Shown here: positions 42,429 to 51,389 of the stretch, piece by piece | How the letters are laid out: the number at the start of each line of letters is the position of its first letter | How positions within the stretch are numbered: position 1 is the first letter of the stretch | Source of the DNA: Patescibacteria group bacterium | GTDB taxonomy: Bacteria > Patescibacteriota > Minisyncoccia > Phycocordibacterales > Phycocordibacteraceae | Assembly: GCA_018970425.1 (NCBI GenBank) | Contig: JAGWWK010000004.1 | Location: 1,811 to 65,810, forward strand | Direction of reading: 5' to 3' | DNA length: 64,000 bases | The notes under the pieces: model-generated | The model's database searches: none | What the model was told of the DNA's origin: nothing | Seen by the model: only the letters and a program-made list of their open reading frames with translations | Position numbers and translations under genes: made by a program

Positions 42429-43303
42429 AGCAAATCACGCGTGCTTTTATGAAATATGGCCTACGAGGTTTTTCATATGTGTATTGGCGGTATGTCGTCG
42501 CTCCTCGCTTGTTCGATGCGCGATGTCCTATCGAAAAGCCGATCACTCGACACAATTTCTCCATGCATGTGTATATGGGAAAGAGAGATTTCCTCATGGG
42601 ACTGTGGTCTCTTGCAAGTGCATACCGTGTCTTCACTGAAGTTGGTCAGCTCTACATTCACTCAGATGGTACGCTGGACGCTGGAGATGAGCACGTTATT
42701 CATAGACTTTTTCCATCAGCAAGAGTTGCCGACTCACGGATGTTTCTTCAGGATTTCGGAGACAGGTTGAAGAATTTTCCTGAATTATTAAAATTCCGAT
42801 CAACGTATCGCAAGTTTCAGACCAGAATTATCGACCAACACTTTATCGGTGATTCTGAAATTCGACTATTCCTTGACTCTGATTTGTTGTGGTTTAGAGA
42901 ACCGAAAGAACTCATGCAGGCTATTAGGAATGGAGTACCGAGACCGCTCATGATGTCGAATGCGGAGTATATACGGATGGAATTTAGAGACGGAACTAGT
43001 ACGGATGACAGGACATCTCGACCGAATGGAGGAATCGTACTCTACCAGCGAGAGCAAATGAACATGGATCGGATGGAGGAATTTTTACAAAAGTCAGATT
43101 ATTTAGGAAAGCGATTCGGTGATCAGGCGTGGATGGCGTGGACCTTGCGACCTGATTTGCTACCCGAAGATACTTACATTATCAAGGGAACTCTTACTGA
43201 TACGATAATCGTGCGCCATTACACGAGTCCTCAGCGCTTGAAGTTTTATTTTTACGGAATTAATAAAATCGCGCGCGATATACTTGAGGCATGTGTGCGA
43301 TAA
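42416..43303 (+). CDS. Hypothetical protein (uncharacterised, within the glycan island)
   Basis: A 295-aa ORF between a GT1 and asnB, on the same strand. No recognisable motifs. Codon usage is consistent with its neighbours. Confidence 0.5.
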   Translation: MQEMKQITRAFMKYGLRGFSYVYWRYVVAPRLFDARCPIEKPITRHNFSMHVYMGKRDFLMGLWSLASAYRVFTEVGQLYIHSDGTLDAGDEHVIHRLFPSARVADSRMFLQDFGDRLKNFPELLKFRSTYRKFQTRIIDQHFIGDSEIRLFLDSDLLWFREPKELMQAIRNGVPRPLMMSNAEYIRMEFRDGTSTDDRTSRPNGGIVLYQREQMNMDRMEEFLQKSDYLGKRFGDQAWMAWTLRPDLLPEDTYIIKGTLTDTIIVRHYTSPQRLKFYFYGINKIARDILEACVR

Positions 43304-45060
43304 ACGGCTGTACCGGTAGGAATGAAGCGTTGGTGCGGTCCCTTGCGCAGAGCACTGCTCACCGCGGACCTGATGGAACTCGTATATGGACCGATGGGAG
43401 GGTCACCTTCGGCTTCGACCGCCTTGCAGTTATTGATCTGTCTGATCGAGCGATGCAGCCGACCGTATCTAAGGATGGCACGGTCGCGGTTATGCTCAAT
43501 GGTGAAATTTTTAATTTCAAGGAACTTAGAAACGAGTTAGGTGGATATGCATTCGAGAGTGAGGGAGACGCTGAAGTACTCCTTGCTGCATACCTCGCAT
43601 GGGGTCAGCGCGCATTTGATCGATTGAATGGCATGTTTGCGATTTCTGTGTATGACGGCCGGAGTGACGAGCTCATACTGGTAAGAGATCCCGCCGGAGT
43701 GAAGCCGCTCTACTATGCAGTATACGCAGAGCAACTAGTTTTTTCATCGGAGGCGCCAGCGCTTCTAGAAGTGATTCCGCGACATCTTAATCGCCGTGCG
43801 CTTTCAGACTATATGCGACTGCTGTATGTTCCAGGACGCGAAACATTTATAGAAGGCGTGCAGCGCGTTCTACCGGGAGAGATTGTTACTTTCTCCAATA
43901 AAAGCATACGCACGGGCAAAATTGCATCGGAGGTACAGAAACCGTTCACGGGGTCATTTCGTGATGCGTGCAGTGAAGTTTCAAAGCTCGCGCGCGAAGC
44001 GGTAGCGCGACAACTTATATCCGATCGACCAATCGGACTTTTCCTCTCTGGAGGAATCGACTCAACACTTCTTACAGCTCTCGCAAGTGAGGTGCATCCT
44101 GCAATTAATACATTCTCCGTTCGATTTGCACTCGATGATTACAGCGAAAACGACAAGTTTAATGCAGACGCAGACCGTGCGTTGCGCTCCGCAGTACGCT
44201 TTGGGACGACGCACCACGAGTACACCCTGAGCGCTTTTGATGCCGCAAGCCTATTTCGCCAAGCGGTGCCAAGGCTACACGAACCCGTGGGAAATGCGAC
44301 TGCGCTCGCACAGTTTTTTCTCTCTGAGGCTGCTCAAAAAACAGCCACCGTCGTGCTCACTGGGGATGGCGGTGACGAATTGTTTGGAGGGTATGAGCGG
44401 TATAGTCTCGCGCTCCGTGCGGAACAGTATGCGAGGTTAATCCCGCGATGGGTTGCGCAGATGCTCCCACACCCATTTCCAGTGCTCCACACTACGGGGA
44501 GTGCTCGGTATGCACAACTTATGCTCCAGCCCGACCATGGACTTGCTCCTTCTACTGATGTAGAGCGGCATTTTCGACAGTTTTTTACTGAGGATACTGG
44601 TGTGCGTGCGCTCATGCGTGCAGATGAGTCGTTATGGCTCGTCGATGAAGCACTACTGCGCACCGACGCAATGACCTCCGCAGTGTCTCTTGAAGCGCGC
44701 GTACCGTTCCTTGATCTCGAGCTTCGCGCTTTTGCGCATGCGCTACCTACCCAATACCTCGTTTCTGGACGGCAGACTAAGCGTGTATTGCGAGAGGCAT
44801 TCCGATCTATTCTTCCTCCAGAGGTTCTTTCGGGTCCAAAACGCGGATGGTTTTCGCCGGGATCCAAGTGGCTACGCACGCAATCATTTGGGGATTTGAT
44901 TTCAGACATTTGTAACGACCCCGTCGCGCAAAGAACACTTTCGATACCCGCGCTGCAGCGTCTGATCGATGAACACATATCACGAAAGGCGTATCATTTC
45001 CCCGTAATCTGGGCATCTTTGGTTGCTCTTGAATGGGTGCGTCAGTATAAGCTTGCATAG
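43291..45060 (+). CDS. Asparagine synthetase B-type glutamine amidotransferase (glycan-associated amidotransferase)
   Basis: The N-terminal nucleophile 'MCAINGC' (Cys2) is present. 'VLLAAYLAWG' and the PP-loop 'LFLSGGIDST' are present. Length is 589 aa. Confidence 0.8.
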   Translation: MCAINGCTGRNEALVRSLAQSTAHRGPDGTRIWTDGRVTFGFDRLAVIDLSDRAMQPTVSKDGTVAVMLNGEIFNFKELRNELGGYAFESEGDAEVLLAAYLAWGQRAFDRLNGMFAISVYDGRSDELILVRDPAGVKPLYYAVYAEQLVFSSEAPALLEVIPRHLNRRALSDYMRLLYVPGRETFIEGVQRVLPGEIVTFSNKSIRTGKIASEVQKPFTGSFRDACSEVSKLAREAVARQLISDRPIGLFLSGGIDSTLLTALASEVHPAINTFSVRFALDDYSENDKFNADADRALRSAVRFGTTHHEYTLSAFDAASLFRQAVPRLHEPVGNATALAQFFLSEAAQKTATVVLTGDGGDELFGGYERYSLALRAEQYARLIPRWVAQMLPHPFPVLHTTGSARYAQLMLQPDHGLAPSTDVERHFRQFFTEDTGVRALMRADESLWLVDEALLRTDAMTSAVSLEARVPFLDLELRAFAHALPTQYLVSGRQTKRVLREAFRSILPPEVLSGPKRGWFSPGSKWLRTQSFGDLISDICNDPVAQRTLSIPALQRLIDEHISRKAYHFPVIWASLVALEWVRQYKLA

Positions 45061-45251
45061 TATAGTGCGCATATGGCCCCGTGGGAGATATTTTACCGGA
45101 CATCTATTCTTGGGTTACTAACACCTGGGTCTGTTGTTATTGATATTGGCGGCGGGTTCCGCGCCGTAGAGGGTTTCAGCAACCGATGTGGTTCAAATTT
45201 CGCATAGCGTTTGTCACCCAATTTTCTATTGCCTAAAAGAAATAGTAGTGC

Positions 45252-46436
45252 ATGAAGATCCTAGTTGTTACATCTAAATTGCCGTATCCGCCGACGGGTG
45301 CTGATGAGCAAGACCGCTACCATGGTGTTCGTATCCTCCAAGGGCTAGGGCATTCTGTTACGATTCTTGCGAAGCGCGCAGCGTACCAAAGTGACGCGGA
45401 TATTTTAGCTATGAGCTCAACGCTACATGCGCCTGTGCGTGTCAGCCCATACAGTTCTAATACTTGGACACTACATCGTTTGGCTGATCTGCGGTGGCTT
45501 GATGGTGCGTCTTTTGAATACGGGCGACTCGGTACAGTCTCGGATTTTCGGGCGGCAATTACTGAGGTCAAACCAGAGATTATTTGGGCTGATGGTTCAT
45601 ATGCGTGGCCGCTTATTCAGGTTGCACATGCGTACCAGATTCCTATCATTGTGCGTTCCTTACAAATCGAATCCGCACACTTATTCGTAGATCATGGCGT
45701 TACATTTGGCACTCTTGCGCGTGCAGTCGGTAAGCATTTGGGGGAGTACACTCTTGCCCGGAACGCTGACTGCGTGGTTGCGCTCAATCATGAAGAGGAG
45801 CAGTTGTATAGAACTATGGGTGCGGATACTACAATTACGATTCCGCTGCGTAACCTTCCCGCAGTGGTGGAAGAAGCTCCAGTTTCGTATGGTGTAACAG
45901 ATCGCATCAGGGTACTTTTTGGAGGATCTACCTTTACTGTGCAGCACAATCTCGAAGGTGCTTTAAGGATACTGATGCGCGTTGCGCCAGAAATTGAGTG
46001 TCAAGCACCTGGAACATTCACATTTCATATTACGGGCGCCAAGTTTCCCGATGAGGTGCGTGCACGTCTACCCGCAAATGTTATCTACGAGGGGTATCGA
46101 AATGATTACAGTGAATTCGTGCGGTCGATGGACATCGCGCTCGCCACATCGCTCGGCAGTGTCGGAATGCATGGGAAACTGTTTGAGCCGCTTGCCCGAG
46201 GCATCCCAACCATAGGTGAATCGAAAGCACTTGGAGGGTATCCATTTGTGGACGGAGAAACTATAATTCTTGCTGAAACTCCCGATCAAATTATTGACGC
46301 TCTTTTGAGGTTTCGCGATGTACGAGTCCGTGCTCGTATCGGAAGTGCTGCGCGTGCATTATCCGAAAAACTTTTTTCACGTGCTACAGTCTCTGGTCTG
46401 GTAGCTCATGCAATTAATCTGACTGTTGGTTCATGA
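45252..46436 (+). CDS. Glycosyltransferase family 1
   Basis: The sequence 'MKILVVTSKLPYPPTGADEQ...MDIALATSLGSVGMHGKLFEPLARGIPTIG'. Confidence 0.7.
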   Translation: MKILVVTSKLPYPPTGADEQDRYHGVRILQGLGHSVTILAKRAAYQSDADILAMSSTLHAPVRVSPYSSNTWTLHRLADLRWLDGASFEYGRLGTVSDFRAAITEVKPEIIWADGSYAWPLIQVAHAYQIPIIVRSLQIESAHLFVDHGVTFGTLARAVGKHLGEYTLARNADCVVALNHEEEQLYRTMGADTTITIPLRNLPAVVEEAPVSYGVTDRIRVLFGGSTFTVQHNLEGALRILMRVAPEIECQAPGTFTFHITGAKFPDEVRARLPANVIYEGYRNDYSEFVRSMDIALATSLGSVGMHGKLFEPLARGIPTIGESKALGGYPFVDGETIILAETPDQIIDALLRFRDVRVRARIGSAARALSEKLFSRATVSGLVAHAINLTVGS

Positions 46437-47479
46437 AAATAGCATACCTAGCATACATTCGTCTTCCCACAGAGCGAGCTCACGGTACGCAGATTATGAA
46501 AACGTGCGAGGCGTTGATGCGCGTAGGTGCAGAAGTAGAGCTCGTCATACCTTCGCGACGGACAACAATTGCAATCGATCCAATCACATACTACGGGATA
46601 CGAACAGTGTTTCCCATTCACCGAGTTACTGCACCCGATTGGGTTCGCTTCGGCAGGTTGGGCTTTGGGGTTGGAGCATTAATCTTTGCATTTCGAACGC
46701 TGCGCCGAGTGCGGTTTGCTGATTGTATATATTCTCGCGATGCAATCGTTCTCATTCCGCACATTCTGGTACGTACTCGGGCGAAAATCATATTTGAAGC
46801 CCATACGGCACCTACCCTTATGACTAAGCTTATTTCACGCGTTGCCGATCGGACTGTAGTGATATCTGATGGGCTACGAAGTGCATATATTAGATCAGGT
46901 ACCCCACCCCTTAGACTGAGTGTTGTTCGTGACGCAGCTGACCGCGTTGAAGTAGAACCCAGACGGGTAGAGGAAATTAGGCAGCGCTTGAATCTGCCGA
47001 AGTCACGATTCGCGCTCTATGTCGGCCGCATAGCGCGTGACAAAGGCGTAGACTCGCTTGCTGCGGCCAGTGCGCATACCGCTACCCCAATAGTTGTAAT
47101 TGGCGATGGGCCAATGAGACAAGAGCTCTCAAATCGCTACCCAAATGTTCAGTTTATCTCACAGACATCATATGAAGATCTACCGTATGTACTCGCGTCC
47201 GCTGCTGTGCTTGTGATTCCTAATTCGGCTACGTCTCAAGATATGGCTACGTTTACCTCGCCGCTCAAAGCTTTCGCCTACATTGCGGCACAAAAGCCTA
47301 TTGTTGCTTCACGCGTCCCCGCACTAGAAGAAATATTTAAGGATCAAGTTGTCTATGCTGAGCCAGACTCGCCACGAAGTTTGGCACATGCCATCGACAC
47401 AGCAGCAGCTCCACCCAAGCTTCAAGTGTACTCGTGGCTAGAGCGTGCGCGCGACCTCGTGAGGGTAAGTGCTTTGTGA
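46433..47479 (+). CDS. Glycosyltransferase family 1
   Basis: The sequence 'MKIAYLAYIRLPTERAHGTQIM...ALYVGRIARDKGVDSL'. Confidence 0.7.
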   Translation: MKIAYLAYIRLPTERAHGTQIMKTCEALMRVGAEVELVIPSRRTTIAIDPITYYGIRTVFPIHRVTAPDWVRFGRLGFGVGALIFAFRTLRRVRFADCIYSRDAIVLIPHILVRTRAKIIFEAHTAPTLMTKLISRVADRTVVISDGLRSAYIRSGTPPLRLSVVRDAADRVEVEPRRVEEIRQRLNLPKSRFALYVGRIARDKGVDSLAAASAHTATPIVVIGDGPMRQELSNRYPNVQFISQTSYEDLPYVLASAAVLVIPNSATSQDMATFTSPLKAFAYIAAQKPIVASRVPALEEIFKDQVVYAEPDSPRSLAHAIDTAAAPPKLQVYSWLERARDLVRVSAL

Positions 47480-47570
47480 TAGCATGCGGTCACACAGCCA
47501 TATGCGAACGCATCGGAAAAAAACTAATTCCCAGTCACAGATCAAGCGAAAGGCTCGCACCTTGCAGCAT

Positions 47571-48341
47571 ATGTCTGTAGTTGCAGTCAGCGGAGGATTC
47601 GACCCGATCCATAAGGGACATATCCGATACATACAAGAGGCGAGAAAACTAGGCGACCGGCTTGTGGTTATCCTAAACAACGATCACTGGCTTCGGGCAA
47701 AGAAGGGCTACGTCTTTATGCCGCAGCGAGAAAGGGAAGAACTTTTACGCGCTATTAGTGGGGTGGACGACGTTATTCTTACTAATCACCGACCACATGA
47801 TCCTGACACGAGTGTGGCTAAAACGCTACGTAAACTGAAACCGGATATTTTTGCTAACGGAGGTGATAGGACAGGATTTTCAACGACTCCCGAAGCTAGT
47901 GTTTGTACAGAGCTCGGGATCAAAATGATATTTCAAGTAGGACGCGGAGGAAAAATTCAATCCTCGTCTGTCCTCGTGCGTAATGCGGTTGCTAAAGTTC
48001 GGAGTGATATACGCCCATGGGGGCATATGCAAACGCTCGTGCAGGACTCAACATTCTGGGTGAAAGTTATTTCTGTTTCTCCGGGAGCTCGCCTTTCGTT
48101 ACAGACGCACAGTCATCGTGCAGAATACTGGGTTTGTATTCAGGGAGAGGTGCGCGCTGAAGTGAACGGAATTGTATACACGCTTTCGGTAGGAGATGTC
48201 CTTACCATTCCTGTTACGGCGAGGCATAGGCTGTCTTCTATCTCAGGTGGGACTATCGTCGAAGTAGCGACTGGTTCAAGTGTGACAGAAGATGATATTG
48301 TACGACTTGCTGATGATTATGGGCGATTAGTATCCCGCTAA
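47571..48341 (+). CDS. Cytidylyltransferase-like nucleotidyltransferase (HldE domain II/TagD-like) fused to a C-terminal cupin (type II mannose-6-phosphate isomerase-like) domain
   Basis: The N-terminus 'VVAVSGGFDPIHKGHIRYIQEARKLGDRLVVILNNDHWL' is the H-x-G-H cytidylyltransferase signature. The C-terminus 'RPWGHMQTLVQDSTFWVKVISVSPGARLSLQTHSHRAEYWVCIQGE...GDVLTIPVTARHRL' is a cupin like the ManC C-terminal domain. The start is placed at the ATG at 47571. Confidence 0.7.
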   Translation: MSVVAVSGGFDPIHKGHIRYIQEARKLGDRLVVILNNDHWLRAKKGYVFMPQREREELLRAISGVDDVILTNHRPHDPDTSVAKTLRKLKPDIFANGGDRTGFSTTPEASVCTELGIKMIFQVGRGGKIQSSSVLVRNAVAKVRSDIRPWGHMQTLVQDSTFWVKVISVSPGARLSLQTHSHRAEYWVCIQGEVRAEVNGIVYTLSVGDVLTIPVTARHRLSSISGGTIVEVATGSSVTEDDIVRLADDYGRLVSR

Positions 48342-48397
48342 AGGCGAAATATGTGTATCGCTTCTACAGCTTCTGAATAGAAAACCGCAACGCACAA

Positions 48398-49492
48398 ATG
48401 ACTATTACGTATATTTCAGCGAGCCTTTCTCTAGCCCATGGTACCGGTCGTTTTACTAGAGAGATTGTGACACGCATCCCTAAAGAAGTTTCGATATCTG
48501 TTATAACGGAGCAACCAGAGCCCTCGCTGCAAATAAAGCAACACGTAATTAGACGAGCAAAATCGTGGTGGGCATTCTTGAGTACGTGCGCCAGAGTACG
48601 AAAGCTAACGCAAGCGAGCGATGTAATTCATGTATTCGATGGATGGCCCTTTGCTGTATATGGACTTTCTGCAGTGCTTGGTACCAAAAAAAAGTTAATC
48701 ATTAGTGGTATTGGGACATACTCAGTTGCCCCTCTCAAGCAGCGTCTAAAGGGCTCCTTGCTCCGGTATGCGTATGGGCGTGCCGATGCAATTCCATGTA
48801 TAAGCGCTTTTACTGCCATGCAGATTCGCCATGAATGCCCGCGCGCGCCTATTTCTGTCATCAAAATGGGATCAACGTCATTGCCTTTGGTATCCGAGTC
48901 ACAAGTAGCCGCCTGGCGTGTGGCACTTGGAATACCAGAAAGTGCGTACCCAGTCGTAATAACGGTCGGTGAGATTAAAGAACGTAAGGGCCAGCTCGAC
49001 ACACTTCACGGCATTAAGTACGCACTTCAGAAAATACCTAATGCTCAGTATTTAATAGTGGGGTCAGATCGCGATGCAGCATACATCCAGAAGATTCGTT
49101 CGTCTGCAGAGCGTTTTGGAATGACAAAACAAGTTCACTTCATACACACGGCACGCACTGATGCTGATCTTGCATGTCTGTATAGTCTTTCACACATAGT
49201 TGCGCTAAATTCAAATAATGTCGCTAGTCACTTTGAAGGGTTTGGGCTTACTATTTTAGAAGGCGCTGGTTTCGGATTACCAAGTATTGGGTCAAGAGAC
49301 TGCGGAATTGAAGACGCGATCTTGGATGGAACATCTGGAATAATGACAACGCAACATAGCCATACGGAAATAGGTGAAGCATTGAAGCGCATTGCTTCAT
49401 CTTATGAAAATTTTCAATCCGGGGCGCATATGTGGTACAGTGCGTTCAGTTGGGAAAAAACGGTCGCTGCGTACCTAACTTTGTATGGCTGA
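48398..49492 (+). CDS. Glycosyltransferase family 1
   Basis: The sequence 'IVALNSNNVASHFEGFGLTILEGAGFGLPSIGSRDCGIEDAI'. Confidence 0.75.
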   Translation: MTITYISASLSLAHGTGRFTREIVTRIPKEVSISVITEQPEPSLQIKQHVIRRAKSWWAFLSTCARVRKLTQASDVIHVFDGWPFAVYGLSAVLGTKKKLIISGIGTYSVAPLKQRLKGSLLRYAYGRADAIPCISAFTAMQIRHECPRAPISVIKMGSTSLPLVSESQVAAWRVALGIPESAYPVVITVGEIKERKGQLDTLHGIKYALQKIPNAQYLIVGSDRDAAYIQKIRSSAERFGMTKQVHFIHTARTDADLACLYSLSHIVALNSNNVASHFEGFGLTILEGAGFGLPSIGSRDCGIEDAILDGTSGIMTTQHSHTEIGEALKRIASSYENFQSGAHMWYSAFSWEKTVAAYLTLYG

Positions 49493-50522
49493 TGCAAAAA
49501 GGGCATTTATTACGGGAATCACTGGTCAGGACGGATCGTATCTCGCAGAGCTTTTACTGAGCCAAGGGTACGAGGTCCACGGAATGGTTCGTCGCACAAG
49601 CACAGACTCACTGGTTCGTATCCCTCCGCAGATACTTCCACAAGTGACTCTTCACTGGGGAAGTATGCATGATGCTGCTGCACTGGCACGTATTCTTAAA
49701 CTAGTTCAGCCAGATGAAATTTATAATCTTGCAGCACAATCCCATGTTGGAATTTCTTTTGATTGCCCAGTCGAGACTACAGAAATTAATTACCATGGGC
49801 TTGGGAGACTAGTACACGCAGTTCTTGAAAGCACTCCGTCGGCACGAATCTACCAAGCGTCAACGTCTGAAATGTTTGGCAGCACAGCGCCGCCTCAGAA
49901 TGAGCGATCAGAAATGGCGCCTGTCTCACCGTATGCAATCGCAAAGTTACGTGCCTATGAAGATTATGTAGTAGGATATCGTGCGCGTCACGGGCTCCAT
50001 ATTTCGTCTGGGATTCTTTTTAACCACGAGTCGCCACGACGTGGCCGGGAATTCGTCACGCGAAAGATCGCACTTGCTCTTGCAGCAATTAAGCTTGGTC
50101 TTCAACATCATCTAGAGCTTGGAAACTTACGTGCGCAACGCGATTGGGGATATGCAAAAGACTACGTTGAGGCTATGTATCTCATGGTTCAGAAAGAGGT
50201 GCCGGCCGACTTTGTGATTGGCACGGGAGAGTCTCATACAGTAAAAGAATTCGTTGATGCGGCAGCTCAAGCTCTCGACCTCTCTCTCTTTTGGGAAGGT
50301 GAGCAGGAGAACGAGGTTGCCCGTGACGCAGCTGGGATTGTGCGAGTTCGTGTGAGTTCTCAATTTTACAGGCCGGCAGAAGTACATGCGCTTCGTGCAG
50401 ATCCTAGTAAAGCAGGCGCAGAGCTCGGTTGGCACCCAAAGACTTCATTTTCTGAACTCGTAGAGATGATGGTGCGGTCAGACTATGACGCCCTTAGCGG
50501 GGAGAGTCAGAAGCGCTACTAA
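49485..50522 (+). CDS. gmd: GDP-mannose 4,6-dehydratase
   Basis: The N-terminus 'KRAFITGITGQDGSYLAELLLSQGYEVHGMVRR' is present. 'YAIAKLRAYEDYVVGYRARHGLHISSGILFNHESPRRG' matches GMD along its whole length. Confidence 0.85.
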   Translation: MADAKRAFITGITGQDGSYLAELLLSQGYEVHGMVRRTSTDSLVRIPPQILPQVTLHWGSMHDAAALARILKLVQPDEIYNLAAQSHVGISFDCPVETTEINYHGLGRLVHAVLESTPSARIYQASTSEMFGSTAPPQNERSEMAPVSPYAIAKLRAYEDYVVGYRARHGLHISSGILFNHESPRRGREFVTRKIALALAAIKLGLQHHLELGNLRAQRDWGYAKDYVEAMYLMVQKEVPADFVIGTGESHTVKEFVDAAAQALDLSLFWEGEQENEVARDAAGIVRVRVSSQFYRPAEVHALRADPSKAGAELGWHPKTSFSELVEMMVRSDYDALSGESQKRY

Positions 50523-50537
50523 AAGAATAGCTTGCTC

Positions 50538-51389
50538 CTACTCAGTGTAAGAGTTAATAAACTCTAGAAAGTCCGGACGAATATCAGATGACTTAATAGC
50601 AGATTCAACCTCTGCTCGATTTATCGCCTTGGCGCGGAAGGCAGATGCAAAAAGTTGAAGCACTATACTTTCAATATTCCGATCTACATGCAACTGGTAC
50701 GTTCTAGGCTGGCGTACCCAAAATCGCGGAATCCAACCGAAGATCTTCGGTGGCGGATTGAATGTAAAGTCTATTGGTAAGCCGGTGCGCCACGGCTGTG
50801 TTAGACGATTAGTCGTATGCAGCATTTTTGTGTTTTCGCCAAGCTCGTCGAGAGAGTTCCAATCTCTCGAAAGTTCAGTTATCTGAGCGCTCTCATTACG
50901 AAGTGCCATTATGTCTTCATATCTTCGAATCCCGTGAGCGATATCGTGGAGCATCTGTGGTACATCCCAATGTCTCAGCTGTTTGCAATCGAGAACCATT
51001 ACCGAGGTATCCCAGGGATTCTTTCTGCATGCAGCGACCGCTGCATTTCCGAGATTCATGCGAATTAGGGGAGCTATATCTGCAAGTGCAAATATGTCCG
51101 GATCAATGACCAATGCCGTACCTTTATACTGCAGTAATGATGGTGGCATAAACCTGGTAAGCGTGAAGGATTGCAAGTCGTCAAAGGTGTACGGAGCGTA
51201 GTTTTTTCGGTACGGCGTGCCGACAAAGTCTTTAAATTCTGGAAGTGATTCGACTTCAATAATTGAAACTGGAATACCATACACCTTAGCTTGTCCGTAG
51301 GTCTCGAGTGCGTATTTAGCTACCTTAGCGCCAAGTAATTGCTTGCGATTGCTTTGTATGAAGATGGCGAAATCAGAGTACGAGCCCAT
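50538..51389 (-). CDS. Hypothetical protein (uncharacterised, within the glycan island)
   Basis: An ORF of about 283 aa, convergent with gmd. No recognisable motifs. The start was chosen at the Met that minimises overlap with the downstream asnB paralog. The frame is open to 51455. Confidence 0.45.
   Translation of the reverse strand: MGSYSDFAIFIQSNRKQLLGAKVAKYALETYGQAKVYGIPVSIIEVESLPEFKDFVGTPYRKNYAPYTFDDLQSFTLTRFMPPSLLQYKGTALVIDPDIFALADIAPLIRMNLGNAAVAACRKNPWDTSVMVLDCKQLRHWDVPQMLHDIAHGIRRYEDIMALRNESAQITELSRDWNSLDELGENTKMLHTTNRLTQPWRTGLPIDFTFNPPPKIFGWIPRFWVRQPRTYQLHVDRNIESIVLQLFASAFRAKAINRAEVESAIKSSDIRPDFLEFINSYTE

Noticed and set aside
45061-45251. A 190-nt intergenic region in the glycan island checked for a tRNA or ncRNA
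   Set aside because: No cloverleaf or terminator-bounded structure is evident. It is most likely a promoter region for the downstream GT1 operon.
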